DNA of 59,524 bases from Clostridia bacterium (GTDB taxonomy: Bacteria; Bacillota; Clostridia; TANB77; SIG350). Positions 28,949 through 39,777 of this stretch are shown here, piece after piece. The notes beneath the pieces were generated by a model. The model had not been told where the DNA came from and made no database searches. It saw nothing but the letters and a program-made list of their open reading frames with translations. The stretch is taken from assembly GCA_028701115.1 (NCBI GenBank), contig JAQVRJ010000001.1, positions 1 to 59,524 on the forward strand, in the 5' to 3' direction. A program made the translations under genes and the position numbers. Position 1 is the stretch's first letter. Every line of letters begins with the position of its first letter.

Positions 28949-29332
28949 ATGAAAGAAGTAAATTATGTTAGCCGAGAGAATGAGTATTTACGGCAAGGGG
29001 AAACAATTTTTAAAGGTATCCTTTATGGCACTTACAATTTAGGCAATAACAGTAAGTTGCATGTGGGACCGATTGTTGAAGAAAAACCAGATTGCAAAAT
29101 GCGATTACGGTGTGTAATCTTAGAACATGTAATTGATGGAAAAAGCATTTACCAGAACATTCAATTATACTGTAATGAGATTGAAGCATTAATTGAAAGT
29201 TCAAAAGAAGATTTTGCAATTAATGCTCCTGCTGAGAAGGATCAGGATGTTGAATCCAAAGAATTTGGCATAACTGGAGAAATTGAATGCATGTATAATG
29301 TATTCGAAAAAGAAGAAACTGAAGATGACTAG
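28949..29332 (+). CDS. hypothetical protein with an acidic C-terminus
   Basis: The ORF follows murG. The start is either 28949 or 28913. No motif recognised. Confidence 0.35.
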   Translation: MKEVNYVSRENEYLRQGETIFKGILYGTYNLGNNSKLHVGPIVEEKPDCKMRLRCVILEHVIDGKSIYQNIQLYCNEIEALIESSKEDFAINAPAEKDQDVESKEFGITGEIECMYNVFEKEETEDD

Positions 29333-29418
29333 CATCAGTTTCTTTTTTGTTGAAATATTCTTAATAATATATAGTAAATTTGAAGATTTTATGATACAAT
29401 ACAAAAAGAGGTGATAAT

Positions 29419-30495
29419 ATGGATAGAAAAATTAAGGTTATTCAATACGGATGTGGTAAAATGTCTGTATATACTATGAGATATGTATTTGAAAAAGGTG
29501 CTGAAATAGTTGGGGCTTTTGATGTTAATGAAGCAATAATTGGTAAAGATATAGGCGAAATAATAGGTGAAGAAAATAAAGGAGTAGTAGTTTCTAATTG
29601 TGAAGATTTAGAAAATAAAATGAAAGCATTAAATGCAGATATTTGTATAATTACTACTATGAGTTTAATGACAGATGTTAAAGATATATTTATGCTATGT
29701 GCTAAATTAGGCATTAATGCAATATCTACTTGTGAAGAAGCTATATATCCTTGGAATTCAAGATTCCATATTACAAGTGAAATAGATAAATTAGCAAAAC
29801 AAAATAATTGCACAATTTGTGGTAGTGGTTACCAAGATATTTTTTGGGGTAATTTAATAATGACATTAAGTGGTGCTACACATAAAATAATAAGGATACA
29901 AGGTAAATCAAGTTATAATGTTGAAGATTATGGTATAGCTTTAGCAAAAGTACATGGAGCTGGTTTATCTTTAGATGAATTTGAAAAACAAATAGCATCA
30001 TCAGATAATATTTCAGATAAAGAAAGAAAAGCATTAATTGAAAAAGAAGAATTTTTACCATCATATATGTGGAATGTAAATGGTTGGTTATGTTCAAAGT
30101 TAGGATTACATATTATTAATCAAGTACAAAAATGTATACCACATACTTATGATAAAGATTTGAAATCAACAACATTAGGCATGACAATAAAAGCTGGAGA
30201 TGCAACAGGTATGTCAGCTGTTGTTACAACAACAACGCAAGAAGGTATTACAATTGAAACAGAATGTATTGGTAAAGTATATGCACCAGAAGAATGTGAT
30301 AAAAATGATTGGACAATATATGGAGAACCAAATACGCAAGTTGTAATTACAAGACCTTCAACTGTTGAATTAACATGTGCAACTATTGTAAATAGAATAC
30401 CAGATGTATTAAATGCAGAAGCTGGATTTGTAACAACAGAAAAAATGCCAATTATGGAGTATAGAATAAAACCATTAAATGAATATGTAAAGTAA
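29419..30495 (+). CDS. NAD(P)-dependent amine dehydrogenase / dihydrodipicolinate-reductase-like oxidoreductase (2,4-diaminopentanoate dehydrogenase-like)
   Basis: An N-terminal Rossmann motif (VIQYGCGKMS..EIVGAFD), a ~358-aa size and the overall pattern fit this family. Confidence 0.5.
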   Translation: MDRKIKVIQYGCGKMSVYTMRYVFEKGAEIVGAFDVNEAIIGKDIGEIIGEENKGVVVSNCEDLENKMKALNADICIITTMSLMTDVKDIFMLCAKLGINAISTCEEAIYPWNSRFHITSEIDKLAKQNNCTICGSGYQDIFWGNLIMTLSGATHKIIRIQGKSSYNVEDYGIALAKVHGAGLSLDEFEKQIASSDNISDKERKALIEKEEFLPSYMWNVNGWLCSKLGLHIINQVQKCIPHTYDKDLKSTTLGMTIKAGDATGMSAVVTTTTQEGITIETECIGKVYAPEECDKNDWTIYGEPNTQVVITRPSTVELTCATIVNRIPDVLNAEAGFVTTEKMPIMEYRIKPLNEYVK

Positions 30496-30508
30496 GGAGT
30501 GATATATT

Positions 30509-30598
30509 ATGATGGGTGATTATAAAATAGGATTGTATATTATTGCTGTTGCATTTATTATGAATGTAATATTAAATACATTTATTTTAGTATTTTAA
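30509..30598 (+). CDS. 29-aa hydrophobic micro-ORF
   Basis: MMGDYKIGLYIIAVAFIMNVILNTFILVF. The SD AAGGAG lies 9 nt upstream and a terminator hairpin follows directly. Confidence 0.3.
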   Translation: MMGDYKIGLYIIAVAFIMNVILNTFILVF

Positions 30599-30708
30599 TT
30601 AGATTACTACCTTGTATAACATAAAATGTGTACAAGGTAGTATTTTTATTTTTGAGAATTTGCAGTAATATATATAGTATTTAAAATATATATAATAAAA
30701 TATTTTGT

Positions 30709-30737
30709 TTGACAAATATTATTATTCAAACTATAAT
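30709..30737 (+). promoter_or_regulatory. proS promoter
   Basis: TTGACA (30709-30714)-N17-TATAAT (30732-30737). The TTG start proposed by the ORF track is the -35 hexamer. Confidence 0.6.
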
Positions 30738-30762
30738 ATATACTGCGAAGGAGGAGGTAATT

Positions 30763-32043
30763 ATGAAATTATCAGAAGCTGGATTAGAAATAACTAGATT
30801 ACAAAATGTAGATACAGTATTTCCAGCACAAGATATATTAGTACAGTCAGGTCAATTAGTACAATATGGAGCTGGAATATATGGGTATAACAGCATCCCG
30901 TTAAAACTAAGAGCTAATATAGAAAAAATAATAAAAGAAGAACTTGAAAAAATTGGATGTGTAGAAGTACAGTTACCACTTCTTCAACCAAGAAGTATAT
31001 GGGATGAATCAGGTAGATGGAATGGATATGTAGAAGAAGGGACTTTATTAACAGTAAAAACTGAAAAGTCTGAATTTTGTTTAGCTCCTACTGCTGAAGA
31101 AGCAATTGTAGAATTTTCAAAAAGAAAGTTAAAATCTCATAAAAATTTACCAACAGTATATTACCAAATAGGAGAAAAATTTAGAAATGAAATACGTTCA
31201 AGAGGTTTCTTGTTAAGAGGTAAAAGCTTTTTAATGATGGATGCATATAGTTTTAATAAAGATGAAAAAGATTTAGTAAAAAGTTATGAATTATTAAAAA
31301 TAGCATATAAGAATATATTTGAAAGATTAGGATTAAATGTTTTCCCAGTTGCTGCTGATAACGGAGCAATAGGTGGTAAGAAATCTGAAGAATATATGAT
31401 GATATCTCAAATTGGTGAAGATACAGTATTATATGATTCAAAAACAGGTCAAGGTTTTAACATAGAAATTAAAGAAAAAGATAATTTTATAGATTATTTA
31501 AAAGATTATGGTATAGAAGATATTTCTTCTTTGAAGGAAGAAAAAACTGTAGAATTAGGACATATATTCCAATTAGGAACAAAGTATTCTGAAACAATGA
31601 ATGCAACATATGTTGATTCAAATGGTGAAGAAAAAGTATTCTATATGGGATGTTATGGTATTGGAGTAAGTAGAACTTTAGCAACTGTATATGAAAATAA
31701 TGTTGTTAAAGATAAAAATAATAATCCATGTGGTTTTGTATTACCATATAGTTTAGCACCATATAAAGTACAAATAATATATAAAAAAGAAAAAGAAAAT
31801 AAAGCTTTAGAAATATATGAATTGTTAAATAGTAATGGTGTAGCTTGTATATTAGATGATAGAGAAGATACAACAATTGGATCAAGTATTAAGGATGTTA
31901 AGATCCTTGGAACACCATATATGATTGTTTTAGGAGATAAAACAAATGATGGTGAATTAGAAATTGAAAATGTAAAAACTGAGAATAAAGAAATAATAAA
32001 AGAAAATATAATACTAGAATATTTTAAAAATTTAAGTAAATAG
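30763..32043 (+). CDS. proS: prolyl-tRNA synthetase, bacterial-type core without the INS editing domain
   Basis: The ATG at 30763 follows AAGGAGGAGG. The motif 1-3 pattern resembles bacterial ProRS (QPRSIWDESGRW, FRNEIRSRGFLLRGKSFLMMDAYSF, GCYGIGVSR). The protein is only 426 aa. Confidence 0.8.
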   Translation: MKLSEAGLEITRLQNVDTVFPAQDILVQSGQLVQYGAGIYGYNSIPLKLRANIEKIIKEELEKIGCVEVQLPLLQPRSIWDESGRWNGYVEEGTLLTVKTEKSEFCLAPTAEEAIVEFSKRKLKSHKNLPTVYYQIGEKFRNEIRSRGFLLRGKSFLMMDAYSFNKDEKDLVKSYELLKIAYKNIFERLGLNVFPVAADNGAIGGKKSEEYMMISQIGEDTVLYDSKTGQGFNIEIKEKDNFIDYLKDYGIEDISSLKEEKTVELGHIFQLGTKYSETMNATYVDSNGEEKVFYMGCYGIGVSRTLATVYENNVVKDKNNNPCGFVLPYSLAPYKVQIIYKKEKENKALEIYELLNSNGVACILDDREDTTIGSSIKDVKILGTPYMIVLGDKTNDGELEIENVKTENKEIIKENIILEYFKNLSK

Positions 32044-32251
32044 ATTTAAAAGAGTATGTTCATTAAAGGATTATAGCAAAAACTATAATCCTTTATTTTT
32101 AATGAATCCTACTTTTTCCACTTTCATTGACGGCTTGCTTTTAGTATGGTAGTATTAAAACTAATAATGCATTGTATATAGGTTTATAGAAGATTTTAAT
32201 TTTATAAATTTTAACCATTAGTGTAATAATGTATATTGAAAGGATAGAAAA

Positions 32252-32866
32252 ATGAGTATAAAGAAAAAAATTGTATTATCAATTAGTACTTGTTTACTTA
32301 TTGCATTAATTGTAGTTGGAGTGTATGTATATAGTCTTTTTAATACACCTTTAATTATAATGGATGAAATCATGCCAGTAGCATCAATGAATTTACAAAT
32401 ATATTTATCTGATACAATAGTTTTAGCAAAAGTTGTTAGTGATAATAATAGTAAAATGATTACATGTAAAGAACAAATACAAAATGGAGAAAAAACATAC
32501 AACAAATTAATAACTGATACGCAATTAGAAATTAAAGAAGTATAAAAAGGAGATATTACTGAAGATTTTAAAATAACATATAGAGGGAACTATGGGAAAA
32601 TTGAAAATTTAGAAATTAGTGATGCATCTAAAAATCCTAATTTTAACATTGGAGAAGAATTTATTATATTCTTACAAAAAGATAATGAAAGTAATACATA
32701 TAATTGGAGTTTAGGACCACAATCAAAATTCATATATGATGAAGCTAATAAGAAATATATTGGGAAATATTTAACTTTTGAAAACATAAATACAGAAATA
32801 GAAAGATATAATAATACACCAGAAAAAGAAAGAGATTTACCGCAAGGTTCAAATAATAGTATATAG
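32252..32866 (+). pseudogene. membrane-anchored hypothetical protein interrupted by one in-frame TAA (32543-32545)
   Basis: The 97-codon ORF continues in the same frame for 106 more sense codons, without any Met, up to a TAG at 32864-32866. A hairpin follows that stop. Confidence 0.55.
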
Positions 32867-32934
32867 CAAAGCAAAAAAATAAAAAAATCAGTTTTAATTT
32901 AACAGATTTTTTTTATTTAGTTTTAATTATTATT

Positions 32935-33408
32935 TTATTTTAAATCTAATTTAATTGTATATTTAATTGCATTGTCATTATCTTCAATTGTAATCTTTAT
33001 TAATCTTTCTGCTGAACCAGTAATTATTGTTTGAATAGTATCAGGTTCTCCAGCAGTCATACTTGATGGATATGCATTCTTAAAGTAATCAAATATTTCT
33101 TGAGATGTTTTATTTGAAACAACATCAATAGTAATAGATTGATTATTATTTTTTGTATTGTATATTATATTTGTTTTTGTAATTTTATCATTTGGAATAA
33201 TAGATATATCATTATCTTTTAATATAGGATTTAATTTTAAATTTTTTCCTGTAGTAGTTGTTGTTATAATATTATCATTTACCAATTTTTCTACAGATAT
33301 TCCATTTATTAAATAATTAATATTAAAAATATTAAAAAAATACATTATTACAAATATAATTATTAAAAGAGTTAATATAGATATTATTTTTCTATGTGTT
33401 TTTTTCAT
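32935..33408 (-). CDS. membrane-anchored hypothetical protein
   Basis: 157 aa with an N-terminal TM helix. No motif recognised. Confidence 0.45.
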   Translation of the reverse strand: MKKTHRKIISILTLLIIIFVIMYFFNIFNINYLINGISVEKLVNDNIITTTTTGKNLKLNPILKDNDISIIPNDKITKTNIIYNTKNNNQSITIDVVSNKTSQEIFDYFKNAYPSSMTAGEPDTIQTIITGSAERLIKITIEDNDNAIKYTIKLDLK

Positions 33409-33488
33409 TATTCTATCTCCTTGCTAATATAAAAATAACACAAAATCATTAATAAATCAATGATTTTGCATATAAAAAAAGAATTAAG

Positions 33489-34067
33489 TTAGCCATAGCT
33501 AGTATCATAGGAATCTGTTTTGTTGAGTTCTATTTTGGTACTTACTTCTTTTGTGTAGCCAATAATGAATGCAAATAACTTATTTCCAAGCGTAGCAACA
33601 TAAATGTTATCTGCTAAGTGTGTTACGTTTGATACTTCTTCGGGTGAATGAATTATTCCGGAAATACTTGCGTTATTTGTTTTCTCATCAAGGAATAGCA
33701 GATTAAAGTCAAAAAAATGACCATTTCCTGGAATGCATTTTGTACAGGCAATAAATGCTTCTCCTTTTTTTATTTGAGTATCTCTTGCAGCTACATATAA
33801 ACTACTTTCTGTTTCTATAAGTAAAAAGCTATCATTTAGTTTGTGTGTATTTACAATATGATTTTCTCTGTAATCTACAACTAGTAAATCATTTTTACTA
33901 TCGATGCTGAATTCTTTGATGTAGTCATCTGAGATATAGCATGCCAAGTAAGTTTGTTTTTCTTTTTTAGGTAATTTTTCAATAACTGTTGAAAAATTAT
34001 TAATAATAGAGTTCTTTTTAGCGGTACTTTCAATAAAATCATTTTTTTGGCTCATAATATTCACCAT
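33489..34067 (-). CDS. hypothetical protein
   Basis: 192-aa ORF with no motif recognised. Confidence 0.4.
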   Translation of the reverse strand: MVNIMSQKNDFIESTAKKNSIINNFSTVIEKLPKKEKQTYLACYISDDYIKEFSIDSKNDLLVVDYRENHIVNTHKLNDSFLLIETESSLYVAARDTQIKKGEAFIACTKCIPGNGHFFDFNLLFLDEKTNNASISGIIHSPEEVSNVTHLADNIYVATLGNKLFAFIIGYTKEVSTKIELNKTDSYDTSYG

Positions 34068-34172
34068 AAATACAATTAATTTTTACTTATTTAGTATAAC
34101 ATATTTTTTTAGTTTTTTCAATTATTGTTGAAAATACATGCTTTTTAAAGTATAATAGCAATAGGTGATAAC

Positions 34173-34775
34173 ATGAAAATGGAAGAATTAGAATATACAA
34201 AAGATATATTAAAAGAATTAAAATTAAAGAATAAATATGCTGTAGATGATATAAATAATGTCTATGATATTATTACTGTAGGTAATGATATACTTAGATC
34301 TAAAAATGATGATGTTGATATATCTCAAAAAGAGGTACAAAAGCTTATAATTAATATGGTTAATTCATTATATTATTGGAATGGTTGTGGTATTGCAGCT
34401 CCACAAGTAGGTAAAAATCTAAATATATTTATTGTAAAAATAGTAATGACTGATGAAAATGAGAAAGAAGATGTTGTTTTGCCTTTAACTGTTTTTGTTA
34501 ATCCTAAAATATTGGAATATAGTAAAGATACGAACATTGAATATGAAGGATGTTTAAGCATAAGTAATTATAGTGCGAAAGTTGAAAGAAGCAATAGTAT
34601 TAAAATTGAGTATCAAGATATTCATGGCAAAAAACATGTGGATATTTTTGAAGGTTTTGCAGCAAGAGCGGTTCAACATGAATATGATCATTTGCAAGGA
34701 ATTGTTTATACAGACATTGCGGATATGAAGACTTTTACATTAAATGATAATTTAGATTTAGAATGTAAAGAGTAA
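34173..34775 (+). CDS. def: peptide deformylase
   Basis: GIAAPQVG, EGCLS and HEYDHL motifs. Confidence 0.9.
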   Translation: MKMEELEYTKDILKELKLKNKYAVDDINNVYDIITVGNDILRSKNDDVDISQKEVQKLIINMVNSLYYWNGCGIAAPQVGKNLNIFIVKIVMTDENEKEDVVLPLTVFVNPKILEYSKDTNIEYEGCLSISNYSAKVERSNSIKIEYQDIHGKKHVDIFEGFAARAVQHEYDHLQGIVYTDIADMKTFTLNDNLDLECKE

Positions 34776-34831
34776 CATTTGACATGTAGAGTTTTTTGTA
34801 TATAATATATTTATATATATAGGAGGAATAA

Positions 34832-36421
34832 ATGAAAAAAGATATGAAAGAAAAAACTATTATTGGTGATGATGGAGAAATTATAACAGTAAGAGAAACT
34901 GTAAAAGAGAAAAAGTATACACAAGCACAATATAATAAATTACATGCTCCAAAAGATTCAAATGGTTTAAATGTAAAATTAATTGTAATATTGGTATTAG
35001 TTTTACTAGTTGCAATTATAGGGGTATTATCTTTACAAACATTTATGAAAGACGATTTTAATCAAAAAACAAGAGCTACTGTTCAAAAAGGAACAGTATA
35101 TGGAACAATTGATGGAAGCTCTGTTATTGTATCTTCTTTATCTGAAGCAATAACATCAAAAGTATCCTCAACTGTAACAAAAGTATATTATAAACAAAAC
35201 CAAACAGTAAGAAGTGGAGCTTTATTATTGGAATTAGATAATACTTTTGCTAAAGATGAAATAGCAAGATATAATACATCATTAAATAGTATGCAAAACA
35301 TGTTAAAATTATATGATGAAAAAGTTGAAGAATTAACAGTCAAAGCACCAACAGATGGTTTTATTGTTAATGTTAAAGTTAAAAAGGGTGATAGTGTTAA
35401 AGAAGGCGACTTATTAGCATCATATATTCCTACAACATGTTTTTCATCAATATATTCTTTTGTATATGATGAAAATAGAAAAATTGAACAATGGCAAAAA
35501 GTTATAGTATCATATGAAGGTGGAACAGTAAATGGAATAGTATATAATATTACAGGAGATTCTTCTCAAGGTAAAACTATTCAAGTTGAAGTATATATAA
35601 CTAATTCGCAAGTTAATTTATCTGGATTAGTAACAACTGCTGAAGTTGAAACATTAAATGGAAAGGTAAAGAGTACAGTTTCTTCAAATATTCGTATAGT
35701 TCCAACAATTCCATTATATGCAACACAGACTGGAAAAGTTGAAACTATAAATATAAATAATTCAAAGGCTGTGAATGCTGGAACTGTATTAGTGTCATTG
35801 AGTAATGCAGATATACAAGCTTTAAAAATAAAATTTACTAATGATGTTGCAACATTACAAAATACTGTAAATTACAAAAACAATTATGATTTAAATAATT
35901 ATTTAATATATGCTCAAATTGGAGGAGTAGTTCAAACTCCTGAACTTAATGTTGGAGATCAAGTCGTTGCTAATAAAGAAATTATATTGATACAAACAGA
36001 ACAAGATATAAAGACAACTATATATGTTGGTTCAGCATATATAGATAATATTGCATTAGGACAAAGTGCAAAACTATATGTAGATATAGATGGGAATATA
36101 ATTACTTTAAATGGAACTGTTACAAATAAAGAATCAAGATTATTATTACAAGATGGTGTAGATTATTCTGTAGAAATTACAGTAAAATCATCAGAAGCAA
36201 GACCAGAATATATTGGTAGAACAGTAAATGTAGGAATTGTAACTCAAGAGAAAAAGGATTCATTGTTTGTTCCAACAAGTTTAGTATATGGAAATACAGT
36301 TTATGTTCCAATTAATGGAGAAGCTGTTCCAAAGACTGTAACTATTGGAATTAAAAATTTGCAATATACCGAAATATTAGAAGGATTAGCTGAAGGCGAT
36401 GTTATTATGGAGCAAAATTAA
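34832..36421 (+). CDS. HlyD-family membrane fusion (periplasmic adaptor-like) protein
   Basis: An N-terminal TM helix, a lipoyl-like hairpin (VRSGALLLELD ... VKKGDSVKEGDLLA) and coiled-coil segments. No transporter gene is adjacent. Confidence 0.6.
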   Translation: MKKDMKEKTIIGDDGEIITVRETVKEKKYTQAQYNKLHAPKDSNGLNVKLIVILVLVLLVAIIGVLSLQTFMKDDFNQKTRATVQKGTVYGTIDGSSVIVSSLSEAITSKVSSTVTKVYYKQNQTVRSGALLLELDNTFAKDEIARYNTSLNSMQNMLKLYDEKVEELTVKAPTDGFIVNVKVKKGDSVKEGDLLASYIPTTCFSSIYSFVYDENRKIEQWQKVIVSYEGGTVNGIVYNITGDSSQGKTIQVEVYITNSQVNLSGLVTTAEVETLNGKVKSTVSSNIRIVPTIPLYATQTGKVETININNSKAVNAGTVLVSLSNADIQALKIKFTNDVATLQNTVNYKNNYDLNNYLIYAQIGGVVQTPELNVGDQVVANKEIILIQTEQDIKTTIYVGSAYIDNIALGQSAKLYVDIDGNIITLNGTVTNKESRLLLQDGVDYSVEITVKSSEARPEYIGRTVNVGIVTQEKKDSLFVPTSLVYGNTVYVPINGEAVPKTVTIGIKNLQYTEILEGLAEGDVIMEQN

Positions 36422-36548
36422 TAAATATTATATGGGAAATAATAGAATTTATTTCCTATTTTTTTATGCTTATTGAATAGTATTTAATTGACAATTATTT
36501 TATAAAAATATATACTAGATATTGTAATAAAAAATTTGGTGGTAATCT

Positions 36549-37667
36549 ATGAAAGATTTACGAGTAGAAAAATTAGCAAAAATGCTATTAATACATTCTG
36601 TTGAACTCAAAGAAAACGAAAGTATATTAATTGAGCTCATGTCCTATGAGAGTATAGAATTAGGAAAAGAATTATTAAAACAGGCATATGCATTAAAAGC
36701 TAAACCATATTTAAAAATATGGGATTGTCAAGCACAAAGAATAACTTTAGAAAATGCAACTCAGGAGAATATGAAAGAATTATTAGATATAGATTTATAT
36801 ATGATGAAAAAAATGGATGCATATATAAAAATATATTCTGAAAATAATTCTTTTGAATTTGCTCATATTTCATCAGATAATATGGATTTATATAAGAGTT
36901 GTTATGTGAAGCCATTGCATTATGATTATAGAGTAAATAATACTAAGTGGTGTTTGTTAATGTACCCAAATCATTCAATAGCACAACTTGCTAAAATGTG
37001 TTTAGAAGATTATGAAGAATTCTTCTTTAATTCATGCATAGTGGATTATGCAAAAATGGGTAAATCAATGGATATATTAATGGATTTATTGAGAAGAACA
37101 GATAAAGTTCGTGTTACTGCTAAGGATACAGATATAACATTTTCTATTAAGGGTATAGGTTGTAAAAAGTGTTATGGTAAACGTAATATTCCAGATGGAG
37201 AAGTATATTCAGCTCCAGTAAAAGATTCAATAAATGGTGTTATAACATATAATACACCAACAATATATAATGGAGTTGCTTTTGAGAATATTAAATTTGT
37301 ATTTAAAGATGGTAAAATTATTGACGCGACATGTAATAATACAAAGAAATTAAATGAAATTCTAGATGTTGATGAAGGTGCAAGGTATATTGGAGAATTT
37401 GCTTTAGCTGTAAATCCATATATAACAAGACCTATGCTTAATAGTTTATTCGATGAAAAAATTGCAGGTAGCATTCATTTAACACCTGGGGCCTCCTATA
37501 AAGAAGTACCTAATGGGAATGATTCATCAATTCATTGGGATCTTGTATTAATACAAACCCCAGAATATGGTGGTGGCGAAATATGGTTTGATGATAAACT
37601 TATTCGTCTTGATGGTAGATTTATTTTACAAGAACTTGAATGTTTAAATCCAGAAAATTTAAAATAA
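36549..37667 (+). CDS. M29 family aminopeptidase (AmpS/PepS-like)
   Basis: The size and pattern (PDGEVYSAP, EFALAVNP, GSIHLTPG, IHWDLV) fit thermophilic-metalloprotease-type aminopeptidases. Confidence 0.65.
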   Translation: MKDLRVEKLAKMLLIHSVELKENESILIELMSYESIELGKELLKQAYALKAKPYLKIWDCQAQRITLENATQENMKELLDIDLYMMKKMDAYIKIYSENNSFEFAHISSDNMDLYKSCYVKPLHYDYRVNNTKWCLLMYPNHSIAQLAKMCLEDYEEFFFNSCIVDYAKMGKSMDILMDLLRRTDKVRVTAKDTDITFSIKGIGCKKCYGKRNIPDGEVYSAPVKDSINGVITYNTPTIYNGVAFENIKFVFKDGKIIDATCNNTKKLNEILDVDEGARYIGEFALAVNPYITRPMLNSLFDEKIAGSIHLTPGASYKEVPNGNDSSIHWDLVLIQTPEYGGGEIWFDDKLIRLDGRFILQELECLNPENLK

Positions 37668-37708
37668 TTTTTAAATTTTCTATTTTTTTATAACTTTTTT
37701 ATTATCTA

Positions 37709-37737
37709 TTGACAATGATAATTAAGTAGTATATAAT
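37709..37737 (+). promoter_or_regulatory. groESL promoter
   Basis: TTGACA (37709-37714)-N17-TATAAT (37732-37737). Confidence 0.75.
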
Positions 37738-37740
37738 AAT

Positions 37741-37767
37741 TTAGCACTCGGAGATAAAGAGTGCTAA
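37741..37767. promoter_or_regulatory. CIRCE operator (HrcA binding site)
   Basis: An exact match to the consensus, TTAGCACTC-N9-GAGTGCTAA. Confidence 0.95.
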
Positions 37768-37789
37768 ATACGGAGGGAGGTGTGGTATT

Positions 37790-38047
37790 ATGTTAAAACC
37801 ATTAGGTGAAAATATAGTATTAAAAATGATTGAAGCAGAAGAAACAACTAAAAGTGGAATATTGTTAGCAACTAACAATAAAGAAAAATCACAAATAGGT
37901 GAAGTTGTAGCTATTGGCGATAAAGAAGAAAAAATAAAAGTTAAAGATAAAGTAGTTGTTAATAAATATGCAGGTACTTCAATAGAATATTTAGATGTTG
38001 AATATTATATATTTAATAGTAAAGATATTTTAGCTATAGTTGAATAG
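37790..38047 (+). CDS. groES: co-chaperonin GroES
   Basis: 85 aa with LKPLGENIVLK..ETTKSGILLA. Confidence 0.9.
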   Translation: MLKPLGENIVLKMIEAEETTKSGILLATNNKEKSQIGEVVAIGDKEEKIKVKDKVVVNKYAGTSIEYLDVEYYIFNSKDILAIVE

Positions 38048-38054
38048 GAGGTAA

Positions 38055-39686
<1,632 letters not shown>

Positions 39687-39703
39687 AAATATTAAAGTAT
39701 AAG

Positions 39704-39740
39704 AAGCAAAACATTATAATATTAATGTTTTGCTTTTTAT
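39704..39740 (+). terminator. groESL terminator
   Basis: agcaaaacatt (39704-39714) pairs with aatgttttgct (39724-39734), then a T-run. Confidence 0.7.
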
Positions 39741-39777
39741 CTATTTATATTATATAATATATTCTGAGGTAAAAACT

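Noticed and set aside
30709-30762. The track start of proS at TTG 30709.
   Set aside because: That TTG is the -35 hexamer of a TTGACA-N17-TATAAT promoter. The ATG at 30763, preceded by AAGGAGGAGG, is the real start.
32590-32874. A 94-aa minus-strand ORF from the track.
   Set aside because: It lies opposite a 106-codon open plus-strand frame that continues the upstream gene in frame after one TAA. The plus-strand translation looks protein-like, whereas the minus-strand one is hydrophobic junk without an SD.
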